This document shows positions 1-9,439 of a stretch of 54,492 nt of DNA, in pieces. Origin of the DNA: an uncultured Mycoplasmatota bacterium (GTDB lineage Bacteria; Bacillota_I; Bacilli_A; RF39; UBA660); assembly GCA_900547995.1 (NCBI GenBank), contig URIY01000003.1, positions 1-54,492 of the forward strand, in the 5' to 3' direction. The position numbers and the translations under genes are program-made. Under the pieces are notes generated by a model, which worked only from the letters and a program-made list of their open reading frames with translations, did not search any database and was not told the DNA's origin. Each line of letters starts with the position of its first letter. The stretch's first letter is position 1.

Positions 1-2
1 TA

Positions 3-224
3 TGTAGTGATGAAGAAATTGAAAGATACTATGGATCAGATGAAGACTTAGAAAAATTAAGAATAAGTGGTGAAAAGATAAAAATAAAAGAAGCAAAAGA
101 AGAAGCAAAAGAAGAAAAAAGTATAGAGATTGCTAAAGCAATGTTAAAAGATACAGATAATTATGAACTAATTTCAAAATATACAGGTTTATCTATAAAG
201 GAAATCGAAGAATTAAAAAATTAA
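3..224 (+). CDS. Window-truncated C-terminal fragment, possibly of an Rpn/YhgA-like recombination-promoting nuclease (putative transposase-like) protein
   Basis: Frame 3 is open from the window edge to TAA at 222-224. The tail ...SIEIAKAMLKDTDNYELISKYTGLSIKEIEELKN resembles the C-terminal tail of Rpn/YhgA-type proteins. This is recalled from memory only. Confidence 0.3.
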   Translation, partial: CSDEEIERYYGSDEDLEKLRISGEKIKIKEAKEEAKEEKSIEIAKAMLKDTDNYELISKYTGLSIKEIEELKN

Positions 225-250
225 CTCCAATTTTATTGGGGTTTTCTTTT
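224..250 (+). terminator. Rho-independent terminator
   Basis: Hairpin ACTCCAAT-ttt-ATTGGGGT (one G-U pair) followed by TTTTCTTTT. Confidence 0.6.
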
Positions 251-281
251 GTTTATGATAGAATATATACAGGTGATAAAA

Positions 282-2873
282 ATGGAAAAGATTATACTTG
301 TAGATGGAAATAACCTTTTATTTAGAAGTTATTTTGCAACCGCTTATTCTGGAAATGTAATGAGAAATAGTAGTGGTTTTCCTACTAATGCTTTGTATGG
401 CTTTACAAATATGATAAATAAAATAGTTGCAGAAGAAAAACCTAAATATATATTAGTTGCCTTTGATAAAGGAAAAACATTCAGACATAATGAATATAGT
501 GAGTATAAAGGTGGTAGAAATGCCACACCTGAAGATTTAAAAATGCAAATGCCTCTTGCAAGAGAGTTATTAAATTACATGGGTATTAAATATTATGAAA
601 TTGATAATTATGAGGCTGATGATATCATAGGAACATTTAGTGAATATTGTAATAATGATGATAGATTTGATGGTACTATTATAAGTAGTGATAAAGATTT
701 GTTGCAGTTAATTAGTGATCATGTTAATATTAAACTTCTTAAAACTAAAGATTATATCAGATATGATAAAAATAGTTTTAAGGAAGCATATGGCATTGAT
801 CCAGTTAGGGTTATTGATTTAAAAGCCTTAATGGGTGATGCCTCAGATAATATACCTGGTGTTAAAGGTATAGGTGAAAAGACGGCCCTTAAGTTGTTAC
901 AACAATATGATAATCTCGATAATGTTTATGCTCATGTTGATGAATTAAGTGCCAAAACAAAAGAAAAATTACTTCAGGATAAAGATAATGCTTATCTAAG
1001 TTATCATCTTGCTACTATTGTTAAAGATGTACCTGTTGATATAAATATTGATGATTTATTAATTAAAGATAAAGATGTAGAAAATTTAAATAATATGTAT
1101 GAAAAATTAGAGTTTTATTCCCTTCTAAGAAAAAATATGATGGAGAAAAAAGTCATTAACAGTGAAATATCTTTCAAAGACTTAAAAAGTACAGATAGTT
1201 TATATCCTGATAGTGAAATTGCTCTTTCCATAGAAATGGTTGGTACTAATTATCATACTTCTCAAATATTAGGTTTTGGTATATATAGTGAACATAATAG
1301 TTATTTTTTATCTTTTGAAGAGTTTAAAAAAAATGCTTCTCTTTTAGATAATTTTAAAATAATTACATATGATTTAAAGAAAGTAATTAATGCTTTAAAA
1401 TGGCAAAATATTACTTTAAATAATATTATTTTTGATACCATGATTGCTGGTTATTTACTTGATTATAATGTTAAAGATGATGCCAGTGTTATGGCAAGTA
1501 TGTTTAATTATGAAATAAAGTCATTTGAAGAGGCTTATGGAAAGACTAAAATATCTTGTCCTACATATGATGTTTATAGTAATATATCTGTAAGTAAGGC
1601 TAAATTTATATATGAAACAAAAGATGATCTTATAAATAAATTAAAAGATGAACAATTATTAGATTTATACTACGATACTGAAATACCACTTGCTTATGTT
1701 CTTGCTGATATGGAATTTACTGGTGTAAATGTTGATAAAAATTGTTTATGTGAAATGGATAAGGATTTAAAGCAAAAAATATTAGATGTAACAAATCAAA
1801 TATATGAATATGCAGGTGGTGAGTTTAATATAAATTCTTCAGCACAACTTGCAAATGTCCTATTTGAAAGAATTGGACTTAATCATGGTAAAAAAAATCA
1901 AAGAGGTTTTTCTACTTCAATAGAGGTTTTGAATAAATTAAAAGGTACACATCCAATTATTGATTTGATAATTGAGCATAGATTACTTAATAAAATTGAA
2001 TCAACATATGTAATTGGGATTTTAAACTCTATTTTATCTGATAATAAAGTACATACCATTTATACTCAAACCTTAACACGTACTGGTCGCTTATCTTCTA
2101 TCGAACCGAATTTACAAAATATACCTGTTCGAAATGAATTTGGTAAATTAATAAGAAAGGCTTTTGTACCAAGTGAAAATTCTGTAATTTTAAGTGCTGA
2201 TTATTCGCAAATAGAACTTAGAATTTTATCACATATGGCAAATATTGAATCACTAGTTTCTGCCTTTAATAACAATATTGATATTCATACGAAAACGGCA
2301 AGTGATATTTTTCATATAAGTGAAGATGAGGTAACAAGTAATATGCGTAGAATTGCTAAGGCTGTCAATTTTGGAATTATTTATGGTATTAGTAGTTATG
2401 GACTTGCTGAAAATTTAGGAATTAGAGTTGCTGAAGCCAAAGAATTTATGGATAAATATAATGCAACATATCCTGGTATTATAGAATATATGGATAATGT
2501 TAAAAAAGAGGCTTATGAAAATGGATATGTAAAAACATTATTTAACAGAAAAAGAATTATACCAGAGTTACAAAGTAAAAATCATGCTGTTAGAGCAAGT
2601 GGAGAGAGAATGGCTTTAAATACTCCAATCCAAGGAACTAGCGCTGATATAATTAAAAAGGCTATGATTGAAGTATTTGATGCTTTTAAGAAAGAAAACT
2701 TAAAGAGTAAAATGATTTTACAAGTACATGATGAATTAGTTTTTGATTGCAGGCGTGATGAACTTGATAAAGTTATTGAAATAGTAACCAATATAATGGA
2801 AAATACATATAAATTAAATGTACCACTTAAAGTAGATGTAAATTATGGAGATAATTGGTATTTAGCAAAATAA
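282..2873 (+). CDS. polA: DNA polymerase I
   Basis: 5'-nuclease N-terminus (LVDGNNLLFRSYFA). Pol motifs A (DYSQIELRILSH), B (RRIAKAVNFGIIYG) and C (QVHDELVF). I prefer ATG 282 (MEKIILVDG) with AGGTGA at 271-276 over the TTG at 249 in the ORF track. Confidence 0.95.
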   Translation: MEKIILVDGNNLLFRSYFATAYSGNVMRNSSGFPTNALYGFTNMINKIVAEEKPKYILVAFDKGKTFRHNEYSEYKGGRNATPEDLKMQMPLARELLNYMGIKYYEIDNYEADDIIGTFSEYCNNDDRFDGTIISSDKDLLQLISDHVNIKLLKTKDYIRYDKNSFKEAYGIDPVRVIDLKALMGDASDNIPGVKGIGEKTALKLLQQYDNLDNVYAHVDELSAKTKEKLLQDKDNAYLSYHLATIVKDVPVDINIDDLLIKDKDVENLNNMYEKLEFYSLLRKNMMEKKVINSEISFKDLKSTDSLYPDSEIALSIEMVGTNYHTSQILGFGIYSEHNSYFLSFEEFKKNASLLDNFKIITYDLKKVINALKWQNITLNNIIFDTMIAGYLLDYNVKDDASVMASMFNYEIKSFEEAYGKTKISCPTYDVYSNISVSKAKFIYETKDDLINKLKDEQLLDLYYDTEIPLAYVLADMEFTGVNVDKNCLCEMDKDLKQKILDVTNQIYEYAGGEFNINSSAQLANVLFERIGLNHGKKNQRGFSTSIEVLNKLKGTHPIIDLIIEHRLLNKIESTYVIGILNSILSDNKVHTIYTQTLTRTGRLSSIEPNLQNIPVRNEFGKLIRKAFVPSENSVILSADYSQIELRILSHMANIESLVSAFNNNIDIHTKTASDIFHISEDEVTSNMRRIAKAVNFGIIYGISSYGLAENLGIRVAEAKEFMDKYNATYPGIIEYMDNVKKEAYENGYVKTLFNRKRIIPELQSKNHAVRASGERMALNTPIQGTSADIIKKAMIEVFDAFKKENLKSKMILQVHDELVFDCRRDELDKVIEIVTNIMENTYKLNVPLKVDVNYGDNWYLAK

Positions 2874-2887
2874 AGGAAGGGATTTAT

Positions 2888-3751
2888 GTGAGTGTAACAA
2901 TTATAATGTGGATTAGTTTTATAACTAACCTTTTTCTTTCTATAATTAAAATAGTTATTGGTTATATTTTTAACTCAGGGGCTTTAATTGCTGATGGGGT
3001 TCATTCATGTAGTGATTTAACTACAGATGTAATTGCCGTTGTTGGGGCAACTTTATCTAAAAAACCAGCCGATACTAAACATCCATATGGTCATGGTAAG
3101 ATAGAGTATTTAACTAGTTTAATTATAGGAATTGTTATTCTTTTCCTAGGATTATCTATTATAGGTAGTTCATTTAATAGAAAAATTGTTGTACCAAGTA
3201 TTGTTGTTGCTATAGTAACGGTTTTTACTATAGTTGCAAAATATATTTTATCTAGTTTTTTAATAAAAGAAGGAAAGATACAAAAAAATAATATTCTTAT
3301 ATCTAGTGGAAAAGAAAGTAGAACAGATGTAGTTAGTTCTATTGTTGTACTTATTTCATCTGTTGCCATGCAGTTTAGCAATAAAATAAACTTTTTAAAA
3401 TATGCAGATATTGTTGCAATGATTATAGTTGGTATTTTTATAGTTAGAGTAGGATTTTTGATTTTAAAAGAAAATATAAGTATTTTAATTGGTGAATGTG
3501 AAACGGATGAAGAAATAATTAATAGTTTAAAGGCAATTATTTTAGATTTTAAAAATATTAAAAAGATAGATAAAATTAATTTATTAAAATATGGTTCATA
3601 TTATGAACTTACTTGTGAAATATCTATAGATAGTAATTTAAGTTTTATAGATGCTCATAGTATTGTTCATGGGGTTGAGGATATAATAAGAAAAGATAAT
3701 GATAAAATAAAATATATAACAATACATGCCAATCCGAATGATAGTATTTAA
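2888..3751 (+). CDS. Cation diffusion facilitator (CDF) family metal efflux transporter
   Basis: Six predicted TM segments. ADGVHSCSDLTTD (HxxxD) in TM2, plus a C-terminal cytoplasmic domain. GTG at 2888 follows AAGGAAGG; the TTG at 2855 would overlap polA. Confidence 0.75.
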   Translation: MSVTIIMWISFITNLFLSIIKIVIGYIFNSGALIADGVHSCSDLTTDVIAVVGATLSKKPADTKHPYGHGKIEYLTSLIIGIVILFLGLSIIGSSFNRKIVVPSIVVAIVTVFTIVAKYILSSFLIKEGKIQKNNILISSGKESRTDVVSSIVVLISSVAMQFSNKINFLKYADIVAMIIVGIFIVRVGFLILKENISILIGECETDEEIINSLKAIILDFKNIKKIDKINLLKYGSYYELTCEISIDSNLSFIDAHSIVHGVEDIIRKDNDKIKYITIHANPNDSI

Positions 3752-3792
3752 TAATAAGTTACATTTATAATATTGTTTGTATAATAAAATTA

Positions 3793-3837
3793 AAAGAAAC
3801 CATTTGATTTGTTGAGCAAGTGGTTTCTTTATTATTG
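3793..3837 (+). terminator. Rho-independent terminator after the CDF gene
   Basis: AAAGAAACCA (3793-3802) pairs with TGGTTTCTTT (3821-3830). The loop is long (18 nt). A T-rich tail follows. Confidence 0.5.
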
Positions 3838-3903
3838 GGCAACTAATGGTATATAAAAATTCAAATGACTAATAAAATTCCATGTTTTATTATACTTGCA
3901 TTA

Positions 3904-3932
3904 TTGTATAATTTTTCTTGATTTAGTATAAT
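3904..3932 (+). promoter_or_regulatory. Putative sigma-A promoter for the PP-loop/murD operon
   Basis: TTGTAT (3904-3909), 17-nt spacer, TATAAT (3927-3932), about 20 nt upstream of the RBS GAGGGTGA. Confidence 0.3.
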
Positions 3933-3952
3933 ATTAAGAAGAGGGTGATTTT

Positions 3953-5323
3953 ATGACTGACAACTTTAGTAAATTTAAAGAATATAGAAATCTTTATCCT
4001 AATTTTATATACAAAAGTTTTGAAAAAATATATAGTGATGATGAATTAAAAATAATTTACCATTTTGAAATAGAAGGATTGAAAGAATTTAATCCAAGTA
4101 TTACTTTTAACAAAAATATCATTAGAGAAAATATAGATGAAGAATTTATGGATTATTTAGTTTTTCACGTTGGAATGGTAGAACTTGTTAGCTATTTTAA
4201 GTGTACTTGTAGTCCTAATGTTATTATTAAAGCTGGATATGTAGATGAAGAACAAATAAATTGGTTTAAGAAATTATATTATTATGGACTTGGAGAATTT
4301 TTCTATGTAAATGGTATTCATACATCTATAGATGATTTTATGAATATAACATGTTTATGTGAGAAAAAAGAATATAAAACAAGTTATAATGGCAGGGGTA
4401 ATTTAATACCTATTGGTGGTGGAAAAGATTCAGTTGTTAGTCTTGAATTATTAAAAGAATATCATGATATAAATAATCCCTTTATTATTAATCCAAAGGA
4501 TGTAACTTTGAGTTGTGCAAATGCTGCAGGATATAATAAAGAAAATATTGTTACTGTTAAAAGGGTAATTGATAAAAATTTAATAGAATTAAATAGTAAA
4601 GGTTTTTTAAATGGACACACACCGTTTAGTGCTTTAGTTGCTTTTTTATCATATTTGTCGGCATATTTATGTGGTAAGAAATATATTGTTTTATCTAATG
4701 AATCAAGTGCTAATGAATCAACAGTGGTTGGAACAAAAATAAATCATCAATATTCGAAAACATATGAATTTGAAAATGATTTTAATAATTATACAAAAAA
4801 ATATTTTAATATAGATATTAAATATTTTAGTTTATTAAGACCCCTTAGTGAATTTCAAATAGGAATGTTATTTTCACATTATGAGAAGTATCATCAAATC
4901 TTTAAAAGTTGTAATGTAGGATCTAAAGAAAATCCATGGAAATGGTGTTGTAATTGTCCTAAATGTTTATTTGTTTATATTATTTTAAGTCCTTTTCTTT
5001 ATAAAGAAAAACTTATAAATATATTTGGTGAAGATTTATTTGCCAAAGAAAGTTTACTTGAAACATATAAAGAATTAATTGGAGATGCAGCAACTAAACC
5101 TTTTGAATGTGTTGGAACAATTAATGAGGTAAGGTATGCATCAAGTGTAGTTATTAAGTCTTTAGAAAATCAACATGATAAATTACCATATTTACTTGAA
5201 TATTATAAAAATAATTATGAATTAGTTTTAGATGATAAAATATTAAAAAATTTTAATAATGAGAATAATTTAGATGATGATTTTGTTACTATTCTAAAAA
5301 AGGAGTTAGATAAGTATGTATAA
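3953..5323 (+). CDS. PP-loop (SGGxDS-like) ATP-pyrophosphatase-fold protein translationally coupled to murD; possible MurL-type UDP-MurNAc-L-Ala-L-Glu epimerase
   Basis: IPIGGGKDSVVSLELL is a PP-loop-like motif. A Cys cluster is present (SCNVGSKENPWKWCCNCPKC). The 3' end overlaps the murD start by 8 nt. The MurL assignment is inference from context and recalled family properties. Confidence 0.45.
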   Translation: MTDNFSKFKEYRNLYPNFIYKSFEKIYSDDELKIIYHFEIEGLKEFNPSITFNKNIIRENIDEEFMDYLVFHVGMVELVSYFKCTCSPNVIIKAGYVDEEQINWFKKLYYYGLGEFFYVNGIHTSIDDFMNITCLCEKKEYKTSYNGRGNLIPIGGGKDSVVSLELLKEYHDINNPFIINPKDVTLSCANAAGYNKENIVTVKRVIDKNLIELNSKGFLNGHTPFSALVAFLSYLSAYLCGKKYIVLSNESSANESTVVGTKINHQYSKTYEFENDFNNYTKKYFNIDIKYFSLLRPLSEFQIGMLFSHYEKYHQIFKSCNVGSKENPWKWCCNCPKCLFVYIILSPFLYKEKLINIFGEDLFAKESLLETYKELIGDAATKPFECVGTINEVRYASSVVIKSLENQHDKLPYLLEYYKNNYELVLDDKILKNFNNENNLDDDFVTILKKELDKYV

Positions 5324-6644
5324 AGAAATAATTGATTTTTTGGAAGATAAATATGTTGCGATTGTTGGATTTGGTAAAGAAGGTAAATCGACATATAAAT
5401 TTTTAAGAAAATATTTACCTAATCAAAGACTAGTAATTATTGATGGAAATAAAGATTTACTAGATAATAATGCTTATCTTAATAATGATAAAAATATTGA
5501 ATTAGTTTTGGGAGATAATTATTTAGATAATTTAGATAAATATGATGCTATTATTAAATCACCTGGTGTTAGATTTAAAGATATTGATATATCAAAATTT
5601 GAGGATAAAATAACATCACAACTTGGTTTAGTACTGGATTATTATAAAGATAATATTATTGGAATTACTGGTACTAAAGGTAAAAGTACGACAACTAGTT
5701 TGATTACTAAAATACTAAAAGATCAAGGAATAGATGCCTATTTACTTGGCAATATTGGTATACCAATATTTGATAATATTGATAAAATGAATGAAAAAAG
5801 TATGATGGTTATTGAAATGGCCGCCTTACAACTAGAATTTGTGAAAAATTCACCACATATTGGTATAGTATTAAATTTATTTGAAGAACATTTAGATTTC
5901 TTTAAGGATAAAAATGCTTACTTTTTAGCTAAAATGAATATGTTTAAATATCAAAATGAAAATGATTATGGTATTTATACTTCATCAAATGATACATTAG
6001 AGTCTTATGTTAATCAAAATAATTATAAATCACACCTAATAGATGTAAGAAAAGATTTAAAAATAGAAGATAATTATATTGTTAATAATAGTAAGAAATT
6101 ATATAATATATCTTCAGAAAGACATTTACTTGGTGACCATAATTTAAGTAATATTATGTTTGCACTTGAGGTAAGTAAAATACTTGATTTAGATATTTTA
6201 AAAGTGTCTAATTCTATAAATGAATTTAAACCTCTTGAACATAGAATGGAATATGTTGACACTATTAATGGAGTAAAGTATTATAATGATTCCATTGCTA
6301 CTATACCTGCCGCAACTATTAATTGTGTTAATGCTTTAAAAGATGTTGATACTATTATCTTTGGCGGAATGGATAGAGGGATAGATTATAGTGTTTTAAT
6401 AGAATTTTTTAATAATAGTGATATAAAAAACTTTATTTGTATGCCAGAAACGGGATATAAAATAGGTAAAGAAATAAAGGGAAAAAATGTTTATTTTATC
6501 GAAGATTTAAAAGATGCTGTGAAAAAGGCTAAAGAGGTAACCAAGAAGATATGTGTTATGTCACCTGCCGCTTCTAGTTATAATGCTTTTAAAAATTTTG
6601 AAGAAAAAGGAAGAGCATATAAAGCATACGTGAAGGAAAGTTAA
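5316..6644 (+). CDS. murD: UDP-N-acetylmuramoyl-L-alanine--glutamate ligase (MurD; possibly an L-Glu-adding MurD2 type)
   Basis: N-terminal Rossmann segment VAIVGFGKEGKS. Mur ligase P-loop GITGTKGKSTTTSLI. Length of 442 aa is typical of MurD. Confidence 0.85.
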   Translation: MYKEIIDFLEDKYVAIVGFGKEGKSTYKFLRKYLPNQRLVIIDGNKDLLDNNAYLNNDKNIELVLGDNYLDNLDKYDAIIKSPGVRFKDIDISKFEDKITSQLGLVLDYYKDNIIGITGTKGKSTTTSLITKILKDQGIDAYLLGNIGIPIFDNIDKMNEKSMMVIEMAALQLEFVKNSPHIGIVLNLFEEHLDFFKDKNAYFLAKMNMFKYQNENDYGIYTSSNDTLESYVNQNNYKSHLIDVRKDLKIEDNYIVNNSKKLYNISSERHLLGDHNLSNIMFALEVSKILDLDILKVSNSINEFKPLEHRMEYVDTINGVKYYNDSIATIPAATINCVNALKDVDTIIFGGMDRGIDYSVLIEFFNNSDIKNFICMPETGYKIGKEIKGKNVYFIEDLKDAVKKAKEVTKKICVMSPAASSYNAFKNFEEKGRAYKAYVKES

Positions 6645-6664
6645 ACGAGAAAGGAATTATTGTT

Positions 6665-7942
6665 ATGTTAGATATAAAATTTGTAAGAGAAAATAAAGAA
6701 ATAGTAAAAGAAAATATACGAAAAAAATTTCAAGATGAAAAATTGCCTCTTGTAGATGAGGTTATTGAATTAGATAAAAAAATAAGAGAATTAAAACAAG
6801 AAGGTGACAATTTAAGACAAGAAAGAAATAGTGTAAGTGATGCTATTGGATTATTAATGCGTGAGAAAAAAATAGATGAAGCAAATAGTAATAAAGAAAA
6901 AGTAGTAGAAATAAATAAAAAACTTGTTTCTATTGAAGAGGAAGAAAATAAATTATCAGAACAATTAAGAGAAAGAATGCTTGTTATTCCAAATATTATT
7001 GATCCATCTGTTCCTATTGGGAAGGATGATACTTTTAATGTCGAAATAGAAAAATTTGGTGAGCCAGTTGTTCCGAATTATGAAATACCATATAATGCTG
7101 ATATATGTGAGGCATTAAATGGTCTAGATAAGGAAAGTGCTGGTAGAACGAGTGGTAATGGTTTTTATTATTTAATGGGTGATATTGCTAGACTACATTC
7201 TGCGATGCTTTCATATGCTAGGGATTTTATGATAGATAAAGGATTTACTTACTGCGTTCCTCCATTTATGATTAGAAGTGATGTTGTAACAGGCGTTATG
7301 TCATTTGCTGAAATGGATGCTATGATGTATAAAATTGAAGGTGAAGATCTTTATTTAATTGGTACATCAGAACATTCTATGATAGGAAGATTTAAAGGGC
7401 AAACAGTTAAAGAAGAACAACTTCCTATAACCTTAACATCATATTCTCCTTGCTTTAGAAAAGAAGTTGGGGCACATGGTATCGAAGAGAGGGGCTTATA
7501 TAGAGTTCATCAATTTGAAAAACAAGAAATGGTAGTTTTATGTAAAATGGAAGATACAATGACTTGGTATAATAAAATGTGGCAGTTTACTGTTGAATTC
7601 TTTAGAAGTTTAGATGTTCCTGTTAGAACACTTGAATGTTGTAGTGGAGATTTAGCTGATTTAAAAGTAAAATCTTGTGATGTTGAGGCATGGAGCCCAA
7701 GACAACAAAAATATTTTGAAGTTGGTTCTTGTTCAACATTAGGCGATGCTCAGGCAAGAAGACTTGGTATTAAGGCTAAAGGACCAAATGGTAATTATTT
7801 AGTTGCAACTCTAAATAATACTGTTCTAGCAAGTCCAAGAGGTTTAATTGCTGTAATTGAAAACAATTATAATGAAGATGGTTCAATTAATATTCCAAAA
7901 GCATTAAGACCTTATATGGGTGGAAAAGAAATAATTAAATAG
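6665..7942 (+). CDS. serS: Serine--tRNA ligase
   Basis: N-terminal coiled-coil arm (MLDIKFVRENKEIVKENI...). Class II core motifs (FRKEVGAHG..., TLNNTVLASPRGLIAVIENN). Confidence 0.92.
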   Translation: MLDIKFVRENKEIVKENIRKKFQDEKLPLVDEVIELDKKIRELKQEGDNLRQERNSVSDAIGLLMREKKIDEANSNKEKVVEINKKLVSIEEEENKLSEQLRERMLVIPNIIDPSVPIGKDDTFNVEIEKFGEPVVPNYEIPYNADICEALNGLDKESAGRTSGNGFYYLMGDIARLHSAMLSYARDFMIDKGFTYCVPPFMIRSDVVTGVMSFAEMDAMMYKIEGEDLYLIGTSEHSMIGRFKGQTVKEEQLPITLTSYSPCFRKEVGAHGIEERGLYRVHQFEKQEMVVLCKMEDTMTWYNKMWQFTVEFFRSLDVPVRTLECCSGDLADLKVKSCDVEAWSPRQQKYFEVGSCSTLGDAQARRLGIKAKGPNGNYLVATLNNTVLASPRGLIAVIENNYNEDGSINIPKALRPYMGGKEIIK

Positions 7943-8167
7943 GTGATGAAAATGTTAGATAATGACAAAAAGAAAATAAGTAAAACATATACAGAAAGAG
8001 AAAATATAATGAATGAACTTGCTTCATCCATTAATCAAGAAAGTGTTTTTGATAAAGAAGATAATGAAAATAAAGTTTATGGTAATATTCCAAATAAAAA
8101 TGTAGTGCCTACTGAAAGTATAATAAAACCAAAAGTAAAAACTTATACAAAGAAAAAATTTAATTAG
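7943..8167 (+). CDS. Small lysine-rich hypothetical protein (74 aa)
   Basis: The ORF starts immediately after the serS stop, on the same strand. Composition is low-complexity and no family was recognised. Confidence 0.3.
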   Translation: MMKMLDNDKKKISKTYTERENIMNELASSINQESVFDKEDNENKVYGNIPNKNVVPTESIIKPKVKTYTKKKFN

Positions 8168-8191
8168 AAAAAATTTAAAAATGGAGTATGT

Positions 8192-8671
8192 ATGAAAGGT
8201 TATAAAGCGTTTAATAAAGATATGCTTGCTATGAACAATATAAAATTTGAAATAGGTAAGCAAATGCATATAGATGGGCCAATAAAAGCCGGACCAATAG
8301 ATGGTAATGGATTTCATTTTTGTACTAATTTTGAAGATACATTTAGATTTGTTTCATTTGAAAGTAATGTTCTTTTATGTGAAATAAAGGCATTTGGAAA
8401 GATTAGTCATGAGTACTGTGATGAATATAACAGTTATTATGGAATATATTCATGTAGTGATATAATTTTAGAAAGAATTATTCCAAGAGAAGAAATTATT
8501 ACTATGGCTAGTAAATTACCAGAATATCGTTTAGCACGCTTTATACAAACATATAAACTTAATAAAGAAGAGTTAGTAGAAATACGTAAAATAATATTAA
8601 ATAACTTAAATTTAAATAAGTATTTTGAATATTATCAATTAGATAATAAGAAAATTTTCAACATTAAGTAA
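8192..8671 (+). CDS. Conserved hypothetical protein (KAFNKDM...GFHFC type, DUF7666-like by recollection)
   Basis: GGAG RBS. The N-terminus MKGYKAFNKDM...GNGFHFC matches a pattern I recall from uncharacterised Firmicute and phage proteins. Confidence 0.5.
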   Translation: MKGYKAFNKDMLAMNNIKFEIGKQMHIDGPIKAGPIDGNGFHFCTNFEDTFRFVSFESNVLLCEIKAFGKISHEYCDEYNSYYGIYSCSDIILERIIPREEIITMASKLPEYRLARFIQTYKLNKEELVEIRKIILNNLNLNKYFEYYQLDNKKIFNIK

Positions 8672-8707
8672 AGGAATTCTAGTAATTATTAGAATTCCTT
8701 TATTTTT
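8671..8707 (+). terminator. Rho-independent terminator
   Basis: AAGGAATTCTA-gtaattat-TAGAATTCCTT followed by TATTTTT. Confidence 0.8.
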
Positions 8708-8713
8708 GGGGAT

Positions 8714-8743
8714 TTGACTAAATATATGTATTTATGATACAAT
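8714..8743 (+). promoter_or_regulatory. Putative sigma-A promoter (extended -10)
   Basis: TTGACT (8714-8719), 18-nt spacer, TGaTACAAT (-10 at 8738-8743). Confidence 0.45.
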
Positions 8744-8773
8744 TTATTTGTTTACTTAAGGAGTGAATAATAA

Positions 8774-9388
8774 ATGTCAAAAAAACAAATATGTATAATT
8801 ATTAGTTTTATACTTGTTGTGAGTGTAGGGATAGTTATATTTGGTAATTCCTATTTTAAGGAAGAAAGTAAGAACAATAGTAATTTAGTTACAGTAATAG
8901 AAAATAATAGTAATAATAAATTTTTATCAGCACATGATGTTGCTGTTGCTGATGCAGAAACTAGAATGACAATTGTATATGATGGTATGACTTTAGAGGA
9001 ACTTGCTGCTAAGTTAGATCGCTTTTTAGCTTCTGATTTAGCTGGTAAGGGTTATTTATATGCTTCACATTCATTAGAAATTGGAATAGATCCCTATTTA
9101 GCGGTTGCTATATCAATGCATGAAACAGGTTGTACATGGGGATGTAGTAGGTTAGTTAAAGAGTGTAATAATGTTGGTGGGCAAAAGGGAAGTCCAAGTT
9201 GTAATGGTGGTTCTTATAAGGCTTATGCAACATTAGATGAGGGCATTATAGGATTTTTAGATAATATCTATTATAATTATTATAGATTTGGTCTAACAAC
9301 TGCTGAAGCAATGAATCCTAAATATGCTGCCGATACAAATTGGTCAAAAAATGTAAATAAATATATAGAAAAAATTAGAAATATATAG
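8774..9388 (+). CDS. Membrane-anchored glucosaminidase-domain (LytD-like) peptidoglycan hydrolase
   Basis: N-terminal TM helix. The segment YLYASHSLEIGIDPYLAVAISMHETG resembles the mannosyl-glycoprotein endo-beta-N-acetylglucosaminidase domain. Confidence 0.5.
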   Translation: MSKKQICIIISFILVVSVGIVIFGNSYFKEESKNNSNLVTVIENNSNNKFLSAHDVAVADAETRMTIVYDGMTLEELAAKLDRFLASDLAGKGYLYASHSLEIGIDPYLAVAISMHETGCTWGCSRLVKECNNVGGQKGSPSCNGGSYKAYATLDEGIIGFLDNIYYNYYRFGLTTAEAMNPKYAADTNWSKNVNKYIEKIRNI

Positions 9389-9439
9389 TTAATAATTTTA
9401 TTATGTAGTATAATAAAAAAAGAAAAATAGGTGATATAT

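Noticed and set aside
249-281. 5' extensions in the ORF track. Examples: polA from 249, CDF from 2855, 10528, queA from 17086, rnj to 26158, 33600, ffh from 35764, VanY-2 to 39880 and 48926.
   Set aside because: Internal ATG or GTG codons have properly spaced Shine-Dalgarno sequences and give canonical N-termini. The extensions rely on rare starts and overlap upstream genes or terminators.
344-526. Short antisense or alternative-frame ORFs nested inside confidently assigned genes. Examples: 344-526, 2582-2791, 3091-3381, 6074-6262, 13171-13449, 15014-15256, 16209-16430, 16565-16747, 18488-18682, 24591-24871, 25365-25754, 28076-28733, 35907-36206.
   Set aside because: They lie wholly within strongly supported genes such as polA, murD, ruvB, rnj, ftsY and ffh. 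They lack RBSs and have the hydrophobic or low-complexity composition typical of AT-rich shadow frames.
6645-6664. An expected T-box leader upstream of serS.
   Set aside because: Only 20 nt separate murD from serS, which leaves no room for a T-box. serS appears to be co-transcribed with murD.
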